Assembly (NCBI GenBank): GCA_046861395.1
Contig: JBHHUC010000030.1
Location: 1 to 25,113, forward strand
Direction: 5' to 3'
Length of the DNA stretch: 25,113 nucleotides
From: Fidelibacterota bacterium
GTDB lineage: Bacteria > Fidelibacterota > Marinisomatia > Marinisomatales > JABMOV01
Below the pieces are notes generated by a model. It was given only the letters and a program-made list of their open reading frames with translations, had not been told where the DNA came from and did not search any database. This document shows, piece by piece, positions 1-8,871 of the stretch. The first letter of the stretch is position 1. Each line of letters opens with the position of its first letter. Position numbers and translations under genes: made by a program.

Positions 1-104
1 ATGTCAATTGTTCCATCCCCCTCTAAACTGTGCCGTAACGTTGAAAGAATCATAGACACCACGCAACAAATTATTACAGGTCTGTACTATTATGTTACAC
101 GGGT

Positions 105-133
105 AAAAAAAGGGCATCCCAAGGATGCCCTTT
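105..133 (-). terminator. Rho-independent terminator downstream of the pilin gene
   Basis: On the - strand GGGCATCC-TTG-GGATGCCC (8-bp stem, 112-130) is followed by T7 (105-111); it lies about 25 nt after the pilin stop. Confidence 0.85.
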
Positions 134-157
134 CCATAGATTATAACCCGGTTGGGT

Positions 158-589
158 TTAGAGCTCATCTCCCACACTCCAACCATAGGCCGCAGTTTTA
201 ACCGTCAGGGTATAACTAGCATTATTGGCGCCGGTGCATTCATATTCGAAATCCACTCCACTGGAGAATTTGGAATCACCTGAATAGCGCAGGGTGGCTT
301 TATTGCCGCTCGGGCTGACCACGGCCCATTCAGACGGAATTTGGTCCAATAATACAGTTAAATCCAGGTCTTTACCCTGTGGGAATGTTTTATAGCCGTT
401 GTCCACAATATTTTCAGCCGCTTTCATTTCCAGGGCCGATTTGAAATTACCGATAAATGCTTCCACGTTGGATTTGTGGGCATCGGTGGTAAAGTCAAAG
501 AATTTGGGAACGACAACCGCCGCTAAAATACCCAGAATGACAATGACCATGATCAATTCGATTAAGGTAAAACCTTTTTGATTTCTCAT
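158..589 (-). CDS. Type IV pilin (class III signal, MshA/PilA-like), 143 aa precursor
   Basis: Short basic leader MRNQKG, then G|FTLIELIMVIVILGILAAVVVP with E5 and P22. SD AAGGAG at 596-601. Has its own promoter and terminator, as expected for a major pilin. Confidence 0.93.
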   Translation of the reverse strand: MRNQKGFTLIELIMVIVILGILAAVVVPKFFDFTTDAHKSNVEAFIGNFKSALEMKAAENIVDNGYKTFPQGKDLDLTVLLDQIPSEWAVVSPSGNKATLRYSGDSKFSSGVDFEYECTGANNASYTLTVKTAAYGWSVGDEL

Positions 590-648
590 GTTGATCTCCT
601 TGTTATGTTTATTTTCAATGGTTAAAATCTTTTACGCCTTCCTCAGCA

Positions 649-664
649 ACAAGGACTGTGCCAA
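649..664 (-). promoter_or_regulatory. Putative sigma-54 (-24/-12) promoter for the pilin
   Basis: The - strand reads TTGGCAC-AGTCC-TTGT, matching TGGCAC-N5-TTGC with correct spacing and one mismatch (GC to GT at -12). It lies 60 nt upstream of the pilin ATG; pilA genes are frequently RpoN-dependent. Confidence 0.6.
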
Positions 665-864
665 AAGACCTTCCCCGTCGGTTAATCTCCGACTCCTTCC
701 TCTAATTGCTTCATTATATTACACTTTTTTTCTCCATTGATCAATAATGAAACAGCGGGTGATATTTCTCTGGGGATACTTGAAATACTTTTCGATTAAA
801 AAAGCTGAAATTTCCTAACTTAGCGACGGAACTCAAGGATATTTCGAACATTAAACGGAGACCT

Positions 865-1515
865 ATGACCATCCTGCGTACGCTCATCTTCACGGCCGGT
901 TTGTTCGCCCTTAGCGGGGCTCAGACCTTTACCATTGCCCGCCTTCATTATGGTGGTGGCGGTGACTGGTATTCCGATCCCAGCAGTTTACCCAATTTAC
1001 TGGCTTATCTGAAAACAACCACACCCCTGGTTGTCGCACCGGAAGAAGTCCGTCTGAAACTGACCGATCATACCTTGTATTCCTATCCTTATCTCTATCT
1101 CACCGGGCACGGAAATATTCGTTTTTCCGACGAAGAAGTCTCCCTCCTTAGGGAATATCTCCTGGCCGGCGCCTTCCTACATGCCGATGATAATTATGGC
1201 ATGGACCACTCCTTTCGCCGGGAAATGAATCGTGTATTCCCAGAACGGGAGTGGGTGGAATTACCACCCGATCATCCTCTCTTCCACAGTTATTTCGATT
1301 TCCCTCAGGGATTACCGAAAATCCATGAGCATGACGGAAAACGCCCCCAGGCCCTGGGACTGTTTGATGGGGATAGGCTCATGGTTCTCTATACCTATGA
1401 AAGTGACCTGGGTGATGGTTGGGAGGATGCGGAAGTGCATCATGATCCGGCCCCGGTACGGGACTCAGCCCTGCGCATGGGAGTCAATATTATTTATTTC
1501 GCCCTGACCCAGTAA
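865..1515 (+). CDS. DUF4159 family exported protein
   Basis: Signal peptide (MTILRTLIFTAGLFALSGA|Q). Motifs typical of DUF4159: RLHYGGGGDWY, YPYLYLTGHG, FLHADDNYG, LPKIHEHDG, DLGDGWED, GVNIIYFALT. GGAG SD at 857-860. Confidence 0.85.
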   Translation: MTILRTLIFTAGLFALSGAQTFTIARLHYGGGGDWYSDPSSLPNLLAYLKTTTPLVVAPEEVRLKLTDHTLYSYPYLYLTGHGNIRFSDEEVSLLREYLLAGAFLHADDNYGMDHSFRREMNRVFPEREWVELPPDHPLFHSYFDFPQGLPKIHEHDGKRPQALGLFDGDRLMVLYTYESDLGDGWEDAEVHHDPAPVRDSALRMGVNIIYFALTQ

Positions 1516-4500
1516 TGACCACCTTACGACACGCAATCCGCCGGTTTCGGCACCATGTCATCCGGCGTGATCTTATCGTATTCGGCTGGCAGGTCTATGC
1601 CTGGACGCTGGGCCTGGCCCTGACACTGCTTATCATTGAACAATTATATTATTTTTCCTCGGCCACCCGGACGGCCATTATCATTTTTACCATCACTGTG
1701 TTGGTGTTAATTATCCTCAGTTTCCTGGCCTTTCTCCTGGCCCTGAGGCTGAATCGCCTGTCGGCCTACCGCTTTATCACCGTCGCCCGGCAGATCGGAG
1801 AAAAAACTTTCTCCAAACCGGATACAGTTCTCAATGCCCTTCAACTGGAAAAGGATTTGGCGCATTCCCAGGCAGCCGAATTGAGCCAGTTATCCATTGG
1901 CCGCGTGGAAGAACGACTGGCCACTTTATCACCCGATGACCTTTTTCCCTTGTCATCGACCCGGCCCTGGAAACAGACCGTTCTCACCTTACTCATCATC
2001 CTCGCAGGATGGTTTATCTTCTCCGGCGAAGAGGGAGCCGCCGCTGTTTATCGCTGGAGCCATCCCGGCCGGGACTTCCCCGTTCCCACACCCTTCGTGC
2101 TCCGCAATGAGACGGGAGATATCCATCTTCTGGGCGGAGAAATGGCCACCATTCACATCAGGCCGGAGGGGCAGATGCCGGATTCGGTATGGCTGCACCT
2201 GGAATCGCTGGATTCCACGGGCCACCTCATTCTTTCCTCCACCGGCGATGATTCGGGTCGCTATCATTTCCAGATCAAAGATGTATACAACGACTATACC
2301 TACCGGGCCTTTGTTCCCTCCCGCCATGTCTGGCAAGCCTGGGATTCGGTAACAACTGCTCCCTATCATATTCAGGTGACCAACCGACCGCTCATTGAAG
2401 ATTTCCGCCTCACTGTGACACCTCCGGCCTATGCCCGATTGGAGGCCACTGTGTATTCGGGGAATAATGCCAATGTTCAAGCCCTGGCCGGTTCCCAAAT
2501 TACCGTATTTTTCCGTAGCAACCGGCCCTTACAATCCGCCCGCTATCGTCTCAACGATAAACAGATGCCACTGACCCTGGCGGGACAATCCGCTTCGGCT
2601 CAATTCCGCCTCCTCCATCCCGGCATGTTCACACTGCATTTTACCGATCGTCGCGGCGTTGAAAACCGGGATCCCATTCCCTACCATATACAAATCATTC
2701 CCGATGTCCCACCCTCTCTTACTGTCCTGGCTCCGGAAAAGACGGTCGACCTGGGCGATGAACTCCTCCTGTCTCTGGCGCTGGATATTGAAGATGATTT
2801 CGGGTTTTCCAGTCTCCAAATCGGCTATGAGGTACGCCGCCCGGCCTATTTGAATACCGATCCTTATATTTCCGTCCTGGCCATTCCCATCCCCGATCGC
2901 TATCAATTGAATCAGTCCATTTCCACGTTCTGGGACCTGAGCAATCTGGGTCTCATGCCCGAAGATGAAGTGCATTACCATTTTGAACTCTATGACAACG
3001 ATGATGTGAACGGTCCCAAAAAATTTGTCTCTGAAACCTTCGTGGCCCGACTCCCCTCCCTGGCAGATTTATACACCGCCCTGGAGGAAGGTGAAACGGA
3101 CATGATGGATGCCGGTCTCCTGAGTCAGGACGCCATTCAGGCTTTGCAGGACGGCGTGGAAGAGTTGCAGCTGGAACTATTGAAGAGTGAAACCCTGGAC
3201 TGGGAAAAACAACAGGCTGTCCAATCCCTGGTGAACGAAACGCAGACTGAAATGGAAAAACTGGCCGCCCTGAGTGAACAATTGGCTGACATGCGGGAAT
3301 TGGGCGAAAAACATGGTTTGTTCAATTCCGATCTACTGGAAAAATTGCAACAACTTCAAGATTTGGTCCAGGATCTATTGTCCGATGAACTATTGCAGAA
3401 TCTGGCTGCCGTTCAGGAGGCCCTGGAATCCATGAATCTGGAAGAGATGCAATCGGCCCTGGAAGCATTAAGCCAGACCATGGACCAGATGGAAAATACC
3501 ATCGACCGTTACCTGGATATTTTTAAGCGCATTCAAGCCGAACAAAAGCTGGATGAAGTGGTAAAGCGACTGGAAAAACTGACCGAACAACAACAACGGC
3601 TGGACGAGGAAATTTCCGATCTGACGGCGGCTTCGGAATCCGGAGATTATGCCCGCCTGGAACAAGCAGAGGAATGGAACCGCGATGAACTGGAGCGTAT
3701 TGCTGACAATATGACAGCAGCGGCGGACGCATTGCAGGATTACAGTCCGGCAGCGGCCGATGACATGAAGGAAATGGCTGACTCTCCCGCGTTGGAAGGT
3801 GCCAAAGCCAACCTGTCTCAGGCCCAATCCTCCCTGGGACAACAAAACCAGGAGGCGGCCCAGAGTGCCAGTGAACAGAGTCTGGAAAACCTGGCCCGTC
3901 TGCAACAGCAATTGGCCGCCCTGCAGCAACAATTCCAGCAATCCACCGGTCAGGCCATGGCCCAGGAATTTCAGCATATCCTGCGTAACGTACTGTCGGT
4001 ATCCAAGGATCAGGAAGCATTGGGGAATACGACCCGTACCATCCCCCGCACATCGCCCCGTCTCCATCAACTGGCCAGTCAACAACAAACTATCCGGGAT
4101 CAGTTGACCCACATCATGTCTTCTCTCATGGAATTATCGCGACAAACTTTTGCCGTGACACCCGACATGGGCAAACAGGTGGGTAGTGCCTTTGCCGCCA
4201 TGGAAGACGCCAAACAATTATTGGCGGAACGCAATCTCACCCCGGCCCGGCAGCGTCAGGCTGCCGCCTTACAGGGCCTGAATGAAGTGGCTCTTGCCCT
4301 GTTTCAAACAGCGCAGAACATGCAAAGCGGGGCTTCCTCCGCCAGCGGATATGAACAATTCATGGAACAGATGCAGGCCATGGCCAATCAGCAGCAGGGC
4401 ATCAATCAGCAGGGATTGCAACTAGGTCTGGGACAAATGTCCGCCTCCATGGAACAGGCCCTCATGCAGCGATTGCTGGCCCAGCAGAAACAGCTCCGGA

Positions 4501-4937
4501 AATCACTACAGCAATTGCGTCAGGAAATGCAGGCTTCCGGCACCCAGAGTCTGGGTGATTTATCGGGCATTGCCCAGGAAATGGATCAGGTCATTCGTGA
4601 TCTGGCCCAGGGCCGGTATACCCGGAAAACTAAACAACGACAGGAAAAAATATTGTCCCGCATGCTGGACAGCCAAAAAGCCCTGTCCCAACGGGGGAAA
4701 AAAGAGGAACGAAAATCGGTAACTGCCGGCGATTATCTGCCCTATGCCGGACCCGGTGGGTTGCCGGTGGACCGGGGCCAGCGGCGCAGCCTCAGCTTGG
4801 AAGCCCTGAACCGGAGTCTCAAGGCCGGCTATTCCTCCGATTATCAAGACATGATCCGGCGCTATTTCAACCGCCTGGCGGAAACGGAAATGAACCGGCA
4901 ACCCGCGGCCAAAGAAGGAGATCATGATGTGCCGTAA
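1515..4937 (+). CDS. Large membrane-anchored coiled-coil protein (DUF4175-like), 1140 aa
   Basis: Three N-terminal hydrophobic segments, a beta-rich Ig-like region (VTPPAYA, DDFGFS, YDNDDVNGPK), a long Gln/Glu/Leu heptad-rich C-terminal half and a C-terminal YQDMIRRYFNRL motif. TAATG overlap with the upstream gene. Confidence 0.75.
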   Translation: MTTLRHAIRRFRHHVIRRDLIVFGWQVYAWTLGLALTLLIIEQLYYFSSATRTAIIIFTITVLVLIILSFLAFLLALRLNRLSAYRFITVARQIGEKTFSKPDTVLNALQLEKDLAHSQAAELSQLSIGRVEERLATLSPDDLFPLSSTRPWKQTVLTLLIILAGWFIFSGEEGAAAVYRWSHPGRDFPVPTPFVLRNETGDIHLLGGEMATIHIRPEGQMPDSVWLHLESLDSTGHLILSSTGDDSGRYHFQIKDVYNDYTYRAFVPSRHVWQAWDSVTTAPYHIQVTNRPLIEDFRLTVTPPAYARLEATVYSGNNANVQALAGSQITVFFRSNRPLQSARYRLNDKQMPLTLAGQSASAQFRLLHPGMFTLHFTDRRGVENRDPIPYHIQIIPDVPPSLTVLAPEKTVDLGDELLLSLALDIEDDFGFSSLQIGYEVRRPAYLNTDPYISVLAIPIPDRYQLNQSISTFWDLSNLGLMPEDEVHYHFELYDNDDVNGPKKFVSETFVARLPSLADLYTALEEGETDMMDAGLLSQDAIQALQDGVEELQLELLKSETLDWEKQQAVQSLVNETQTEMEKLAALSEQLADMRELGEKHGLFNSDLLEKLQQLQDLVQDLLSDELLQNLAAVQEALESMNLEEMQSALEALSQTMDQMENTIDRYLDIFKRIQAEQKLDEVVKRLEKLTEQQQRLDEEISDLTAASESGDYARLEQAEEWNRDELERIADNMTAAADALQDYSPAAADDMKEMADSPALEGAKANLSQAQSSLGQQNQEAAQSASEQSLENLARLQQQLAALQQQFQQSTGQAMAQEFQHILRNVLSVSKDQEALGNTTRTIPRTSPRLHQLASQQQTIRDQLTHIMSSLMELSRQTFAVTPDMGKQVGSAFAAMEDAKQLLAERNLTPARQRQAAALQGLNEVALALFQTAQNMQSGASSASGYEQFMEQMQAMANQQQGINQQGLQLGLGQMSASMEQALMQRLLAQQKQLRKSLQQLRQEMQASGTQSLGDLSGIAQEMDQVIRDLAQGRYTRKTKQRQEKILSRMLDSQKALSQRGKKEERKSVTAGDYLPYAGPGGLPVDRGQRRSLSLEALNRSLKAGYSSDYQDMIRRYFNRLAETEMNRQPAAKEGDHDVP

Positions 4938-6762
4938 TCTCCTTTTCACCGTCCTGCTGAGCCTGGGCCTGGGACAGACCATTGCCACGCCGGAACAGTC
5001 CATTCCCTTCAATACGGCCCGGCAGATGGAAAAACAAAACAGGATCGAGGAAGCCATTGCCCTATATCAATCGGTGCTGGATATTAATCCGGCCCATGCC
5101 CAGGCCTACCGGCGACTGGTGGATCTATTATACCAGCACAAGAAGTATGCCGCCTTGATTCCCGTCATTCAAACCCATTTAACCCATTTCCCCAACGACA
5201 TCGGTTCCCGTCTGCGCTTGGCGGAAGTGTATTACCAAAACGATCAGATGGCCCAGGCCCAGGCCATCTGGGACGCCCTGGAAGCCAATCCTTCCCCCCT
5301 CTATTATAGGCAACTTTTTCGCTCCTACATTACGCTGGGACTGGAATCGCGGCTGGTTCACTTAGTGCAACAGGGGCGCACCGTGTTGAATACACCGGAA
5401 TTTCTGGCCTTGGATTTAGGCAATTATTACCAAGCCCGACGGGTCTATGACCGGGCTGTGAATGAATACCTGCTCTATGTCCGCTACCATCCGAAACAAG
5501 CCAGACTCATTACCAGCCGATTATTGATCATGAGTGATGAAGAGGAAGCCCGGTCGTTCATTGAACAGGGATTGAAGGCGGAACGGGAACATCAGCCCCT
5601 GATCAGTGGAGAAATTCTCAGTGCCTATTATTTCAAGATGCAGCAATTTGACTCCGCCTATCAGGAGCAACTCAGCCTGCCCCTGGCCCACCGGGCTGAT
5701 GTGGAACGGTGGCTGAAATTTGCCCGGAGTCTCCAAGCCGAAGGACAATATAATCTGGCCATTCGCAGTTATCAGCATATCCTGTCCGGCTCTTCTTACA
5801 ATCCACCTGCCGACCTGGGAGCCCAGGCCCTGATTCAGATGGCCACAGCCTTCGAAGCCAAAATCCTGCCTCCGGAGTCATCGCCGTCCCTCCTGGGCTA
5901 CTTTCCCGATAATGTTTTTTTTGAATCCCATTTCTATTTTACCCGGCAGATCTCCGATACTTCCGCCGCCCTGGCCTTCGACCTCTATGATTCGGTCCTG
6001 GTGGCATTGCCTTCTTCGGAATTTTCCGCCCTGGCCCACTACCGGCTGGGCGAAATCCAGTACCGCATTACCCGGAATTTCGACGGGGCCCTAATTTCCT
6101 ATGAGGCGGCCCTCCGGTCCCGGCCCCCGGCCGACCTGGCCGGGAAAATCCGACTGCGCCTGGGGGATGTCTTCCTGGCTCAGGGACGATTGGACGAGGC
6201 CCGCACCTATTTCGCCCATGAACAAAACCGCAGTCTGGCCTTTCAAACCCGGTATATCCAGTCCCTCCTTTTAAGCGGCCTGGTGGACAGTACTCGTAGT
6301 GTTTTGCAGAAGACCATTGCCACTCTCCAGCCCCAGGATGAATATTTCAATGATTACCTGGAATTATCCGATTTCCTGTCTCTGACGGAAGATGCGACCC
6401 TGTGGCAGGACTACTGGCAGGCTGAACGCCTGATCCGCCAGTATAAACTCAGCGAAGCCGTGGCACAATTGGAGTCAATCAGGCACACATATCCCGATTC
6501 GCCTCTGCGGCCTTACATCCTCCTGCGGGAAGCATTGCTGACACGTCAGTTGGAAACCTATGATCAGGCGGCCGACCTGGCGGCAGCCTTGCGCCAGACC
6601 GATTTCGAAGACCGGGGTCTCGTTCTCCAGGCCGAACTGGCGGAATATCACTGGCACGATACCGACCGGGCTCTGGCTTTTTATCATGAAATCCTGGAAA
6701 CCTACCCCCATTCCATGCTTTCCGAGCCCGTACGATTGCACATTCGTACCTTAACCAAGTAA
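4927..6762 (+). CDS. Exported tetratricopeptide-repeat protein
   Basis: Signal-peptide-like N-terminus and multiple TPR-like repeats (EAIALYQSVLDINPAHAQAY, AHYRLGEIQY, ALAFYHEILETYPHS). SD GAAGGAG at 4914-4920 fits ATG 4927 better than the alternative ATG 4924. Confidence 0.85.
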   Translation: MCRNLLFTVLLSLGLGQTIATPEQSIPFNTARQMEKQNRIEEAIALYQSVLDINPAHAQAYRRLVDLLYQHKKYAALIPVIQTHLTHFPNDIGSRLRLAEVYYQNDQMAQAQAIWDALEANPSPLYYRQLFRSYITLGLESRLVHLVQQGRTVLNTPEFLALDLGNYYQARRVYDRAVNEYLLYVRYHPKQARLITSRLLIMSDEEEARSFIEQGLKAEREHQPLISGEILSAYYFKMQQFDSAYQEQLSLPLAHRADVERWLKFARSLQAEGQYNLAIRSYQHILSGSSYNPPADLGAQALIQMATAFEAKILPPESSPSLLGYFPDNVFFESHFYFTRQISDTSAALAFDLYDSVLVALPSSEFSALAHYRLGEIQYRITRNFDGALISYEAALRSRPPADLAGKIRLRLGDVFLAQGRLDEARTYFAHEQNRSLAFQTRYIQSLLLSGLVDSTRSVLQKTIATLQPQDEYFNDYLELSDFLSLTEDATLWQDYWQAERLIRQYKLSEAVAQLESIRHTYPDSPLRPYILLREALLTRQLETYDQAADLAAALRQTDFEDRGLVLQAELAEYHWHDTDRALAFYHEILETYPHSMLSEPVRLHIRTLTK

Positions 6763-6770
6763 ATTATTCC

Positions 6771-8024
6771 ATGCGTATTATTCTCCTGGTCCTTTTCATG
6801 TTACTGGGGACGGTTCAGTCCCAGAAATTGCTCATTCCCATGGATGTCACCCAGAAGGATCATCTGAAAGCCTACGGGGTGGCTTATTATATTCTCACAC
6901 GTCAGGTCAATATCGAATGGTTGCTGAATTACCGCGGCGGCTCCTTCCTGGTGGATGCCTATGATTTCATCGGTCAGGAATGCCGGGTGCGGGGTGTCAC
7001 CGTCGAACATCTCAGCGATACCGATGTATTAAACATCTATGCCACCATCGATGAAAATAACATGGATATCGTCCAATTGGAAAAGGCGCCGAAAATTGCC
7101 ATCTACACCCCGCCCAATAAACAGCCCTGGGATGATGCCGTCACCATGGCCCTGACTTATGCCGAAGTACCGTATGAAACATTGTGGGATGAAGATGTTC
7201 TGGGGGGGAAACTGGACCAGTATGACTGGCTCCATTTACACCATGAAGATTTTACCGGACAGTATGGGAAATTTTACCGTAATTATTTCAATGCCCCCTG
7301 GTATGTCAACCAGCAGCGTCAATTTGAAACCATGGCGCGGCGTCTAGGCTACGGGTCCGTAGCAGAAGAGAAGAAAGCTGTGGCCCTGGCCATCAAAGGA
7401 TTCATCGGGCAGGGCGGCTTCCTCTTCGCCATGTGTTCCGCCACCGATTCCTACGATATTGCCCTGGCGGCCCAGAAGGTGGATGTCGTAGCCACCGTCT
7501 TTGACGGAACACCGGTGCATCCCGATTATAAGGCCAAGCTGGATTATAGCCAGACCCTGGCCTTTACCGATTTCGACCTATACACCGATCCCATGGTCTA
7601 TGAATATGCCGACATCGATGAACCGCCCAGCAACAATCCTACGGTCCGGGGGGCTGAAGCCGACTATTTTACCCTCTTTGAATTTTCCGCCAAATATGAT
7701 CCCGTTCCCACCATGCTGACCCAGAACCATGTGGGCATCATTAAGGGTTTCATGGGACAGACCACCGGATTCAAGCGACAAAAGATTAAAAAACATATCA
7801 TCATCATGGGGGAAGATCCGGCCTCGGATCAGGTCAAATACTTGCACGGCAATTTCGGCCAGGGCACTTTCACCTTTCTCGGGGGACATGATCCCGAAGA
7901 TTATCAACATTTCGTGGGCGATCCACCCACCGATCTCAGTCTCCACCGTAATTCACCGGGCTATCGTCTCATCCTCAATAATATTCTCTTTCCGGCGGCT
8001 CGTAAAAAAGAGCAAAAAACATAG
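6771..8024 (+). CDS. Exported class-I glutamine-amidotransferase-like protein (family often auto-annotated 'asparagine synthetase B' in FCB bacteria)
   Basis: Signal peptide; family motifs LLIPMD, HLKAYG, WLLNYRGGSF, QPWDDAVT, YDWLHLHHEDFTGQYGKF, FAMCSATDS, GGHDPEDY, GYRLILNNILFPAA. It has no N-terminal Ntn Cys or ATP-pyrophosphatase motif, so it is not a true AsnB. Confidence 0.8.
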   Translation: MRIILLVLFMLLGTVQSQKLLIPMDVTQKDHLKAYGVAYYILTRQVNIEWLLNYRGGSFLVDAYDFIGQECRVRGVTVEHLSDTDVLNIYATIDENNMDIVQLEKAPKIAIYTPPNKQPWDDAVTMALTYAEVPYETLWDEDVLGGKLDQYDWLHLHHEDFTGQYGKFYRNYFNAPWYVNQQRQFETMARRLGYGSVAEEKKAVALAIKGFIGQGGFLFAMCSATDSYDIALAAQKVDVVATVFDGTPVHPDYKAKLDYSQTLAFTDFDLYTDPMVYEYADIDEPPSNNPTVRGAEADYFTLFEFSAKYDPVPTMLTQNHVGIIKGFMGQTTGFKRQKIKKHIIIMGEDPASDQVKYLHGNFGQGTFTFLGGHDPEDYQHFVGDPPTDLSLHRNSPGYRLILNNILFPAARKKEQKT

Positions 8025-8027
8025 GCC

Positions 8028-8465
8028 ATGATCATCATCCGGGAGGGAACGATTCAGGATGCCGTAACCCTCAGCCGCAGGGTACCGGAATTGGACCGGC
8101 CCTACGATGAAGCGGAATATGTTAAACGGCTGGCAACGGCCCATCATCTTATTCTTATTGCCGAAAATGAGGGCCGGGCCCTGGGATTCAAGGTCGGGTA
8201 TGACCGCTACGGGGACGGATCCTTTTACAGTTGGATGGGCGGTGTCCTGCCCGACAGCCGCCGCCGGGGCATTGCCCGTCGGCTCCAGGAGACACAGGAA
8301 GCCTGGGCCTGTCAAAATGGTTATGATCGACTTCGGGTCAAGACCCGGAAAAAGCATACCGCCATGATTCAATTTTTACGTCGTTCCGGGTTTACCTGCC
8401 GGGAGAAAATCCAAAGACAACCGGCCGGTGAAACACGACTTATTTTTGAAAAATCCATTCCATGA
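8028..8465 (+). CDS. GNAT family N-acetyltransferase
   Basis: Motif A VLPDSRRRGIARRL; GFKVGY, FYSWMGGV, and C-terminal AMIQFLRRSGF. Confidence 0.9.
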   Translation: MIIIREGTIQDAVTLSRRVPELDRPYDEAEYVKRLATAHHLILIAENEGRALGFKVGYDRYGDGSFYSWMGGVLPDSRRRGIARRLQETQEAWACQNGYDRLRVKTRKKHTAMIQFLRRSGFTCREKIQRQPAGETRLIFEKSIP

Positions 8466-8472
8466 GGTTCCC

Positions 8473-8871
8473 ATGATTACACTGACCATCCCCACCCGGG
8501 AAAGGGTGGACCTGGTGGATATCACCGACGCCGTGCGGAAGGTGATCCAAAAAGCGGCCGTAACGTCCGGTCAGGTGACGGTCTATGTACCCCATACGAC
8601 CTGCGGCATCACCATCAATGAAAATTGTGATCCTGATGTGGTTCGTGATCTAAAATTCGGCCTGGAAAGAATGGTCCCCTATGCCGCCGGCTATCATCAT
8701 AGCGAAGGGAATGCCGACAGCCATATCAAGACGGCCCTGGTGGGTTCATCGGAAACCATTTTGATTGATGAAGGCACCCTGGTATTGGGCACCTGGCAGG
8801 GAATTTTCCTCTGTGACTTCGATGGTCCCCGTACCCGGCGCGTTCATGTCAATGTGATGGAAAATTCATGA
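8473..8871 (+). CDS. yjbQ: YjbQ/UPF0047 family protein (secondary thiamine-phosphate synthase enzyme)
   Basis: HTTCGITINEN, HSEGNADSHIK, LGTWQGIFLCDFDGPR. Start moved to ATG 8473 (GAGG SD at 8464-8467), which removes the overlap with the GNAT gene. Confidence 0.92.
   Translation: MITLTIPTRERVDLVDITDAVRKVIQKAAVTSGQVTVYVPHTTCGITINENCDPDVVRDLKFGLERMVPYAAGYHHSEGNADSHIKTALVGSSETILIDEGTLVLGTWQGIFLCDFDGPRTRRVHVNVMENS

Noticed and set aside
1..201. Short ORFs 1..201(+) and 4..186(-), and a possible gene start ATG at 16(-)
   Set aside because: The two ORFs run across the pilin terminator and 3' end and show no motifs; the ATG at 16 leaves only five codons in the window, too little to support.
3060..4700. 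Repetitive-looking CAG/CAA/GAA-rich DNA as a tandem repeat or CRISPR
   Set aside because: It reflects Gln/Glu/Leu-rich coiled-coil coding; there are no exact periodic DNA repeats with spacers.
6771..8024. Calling this gene asnB
   Set aside because: It has a signal peptide and lacks the N-terminal Cys Ntn domain and the SGGLDS ATP-binding motif.
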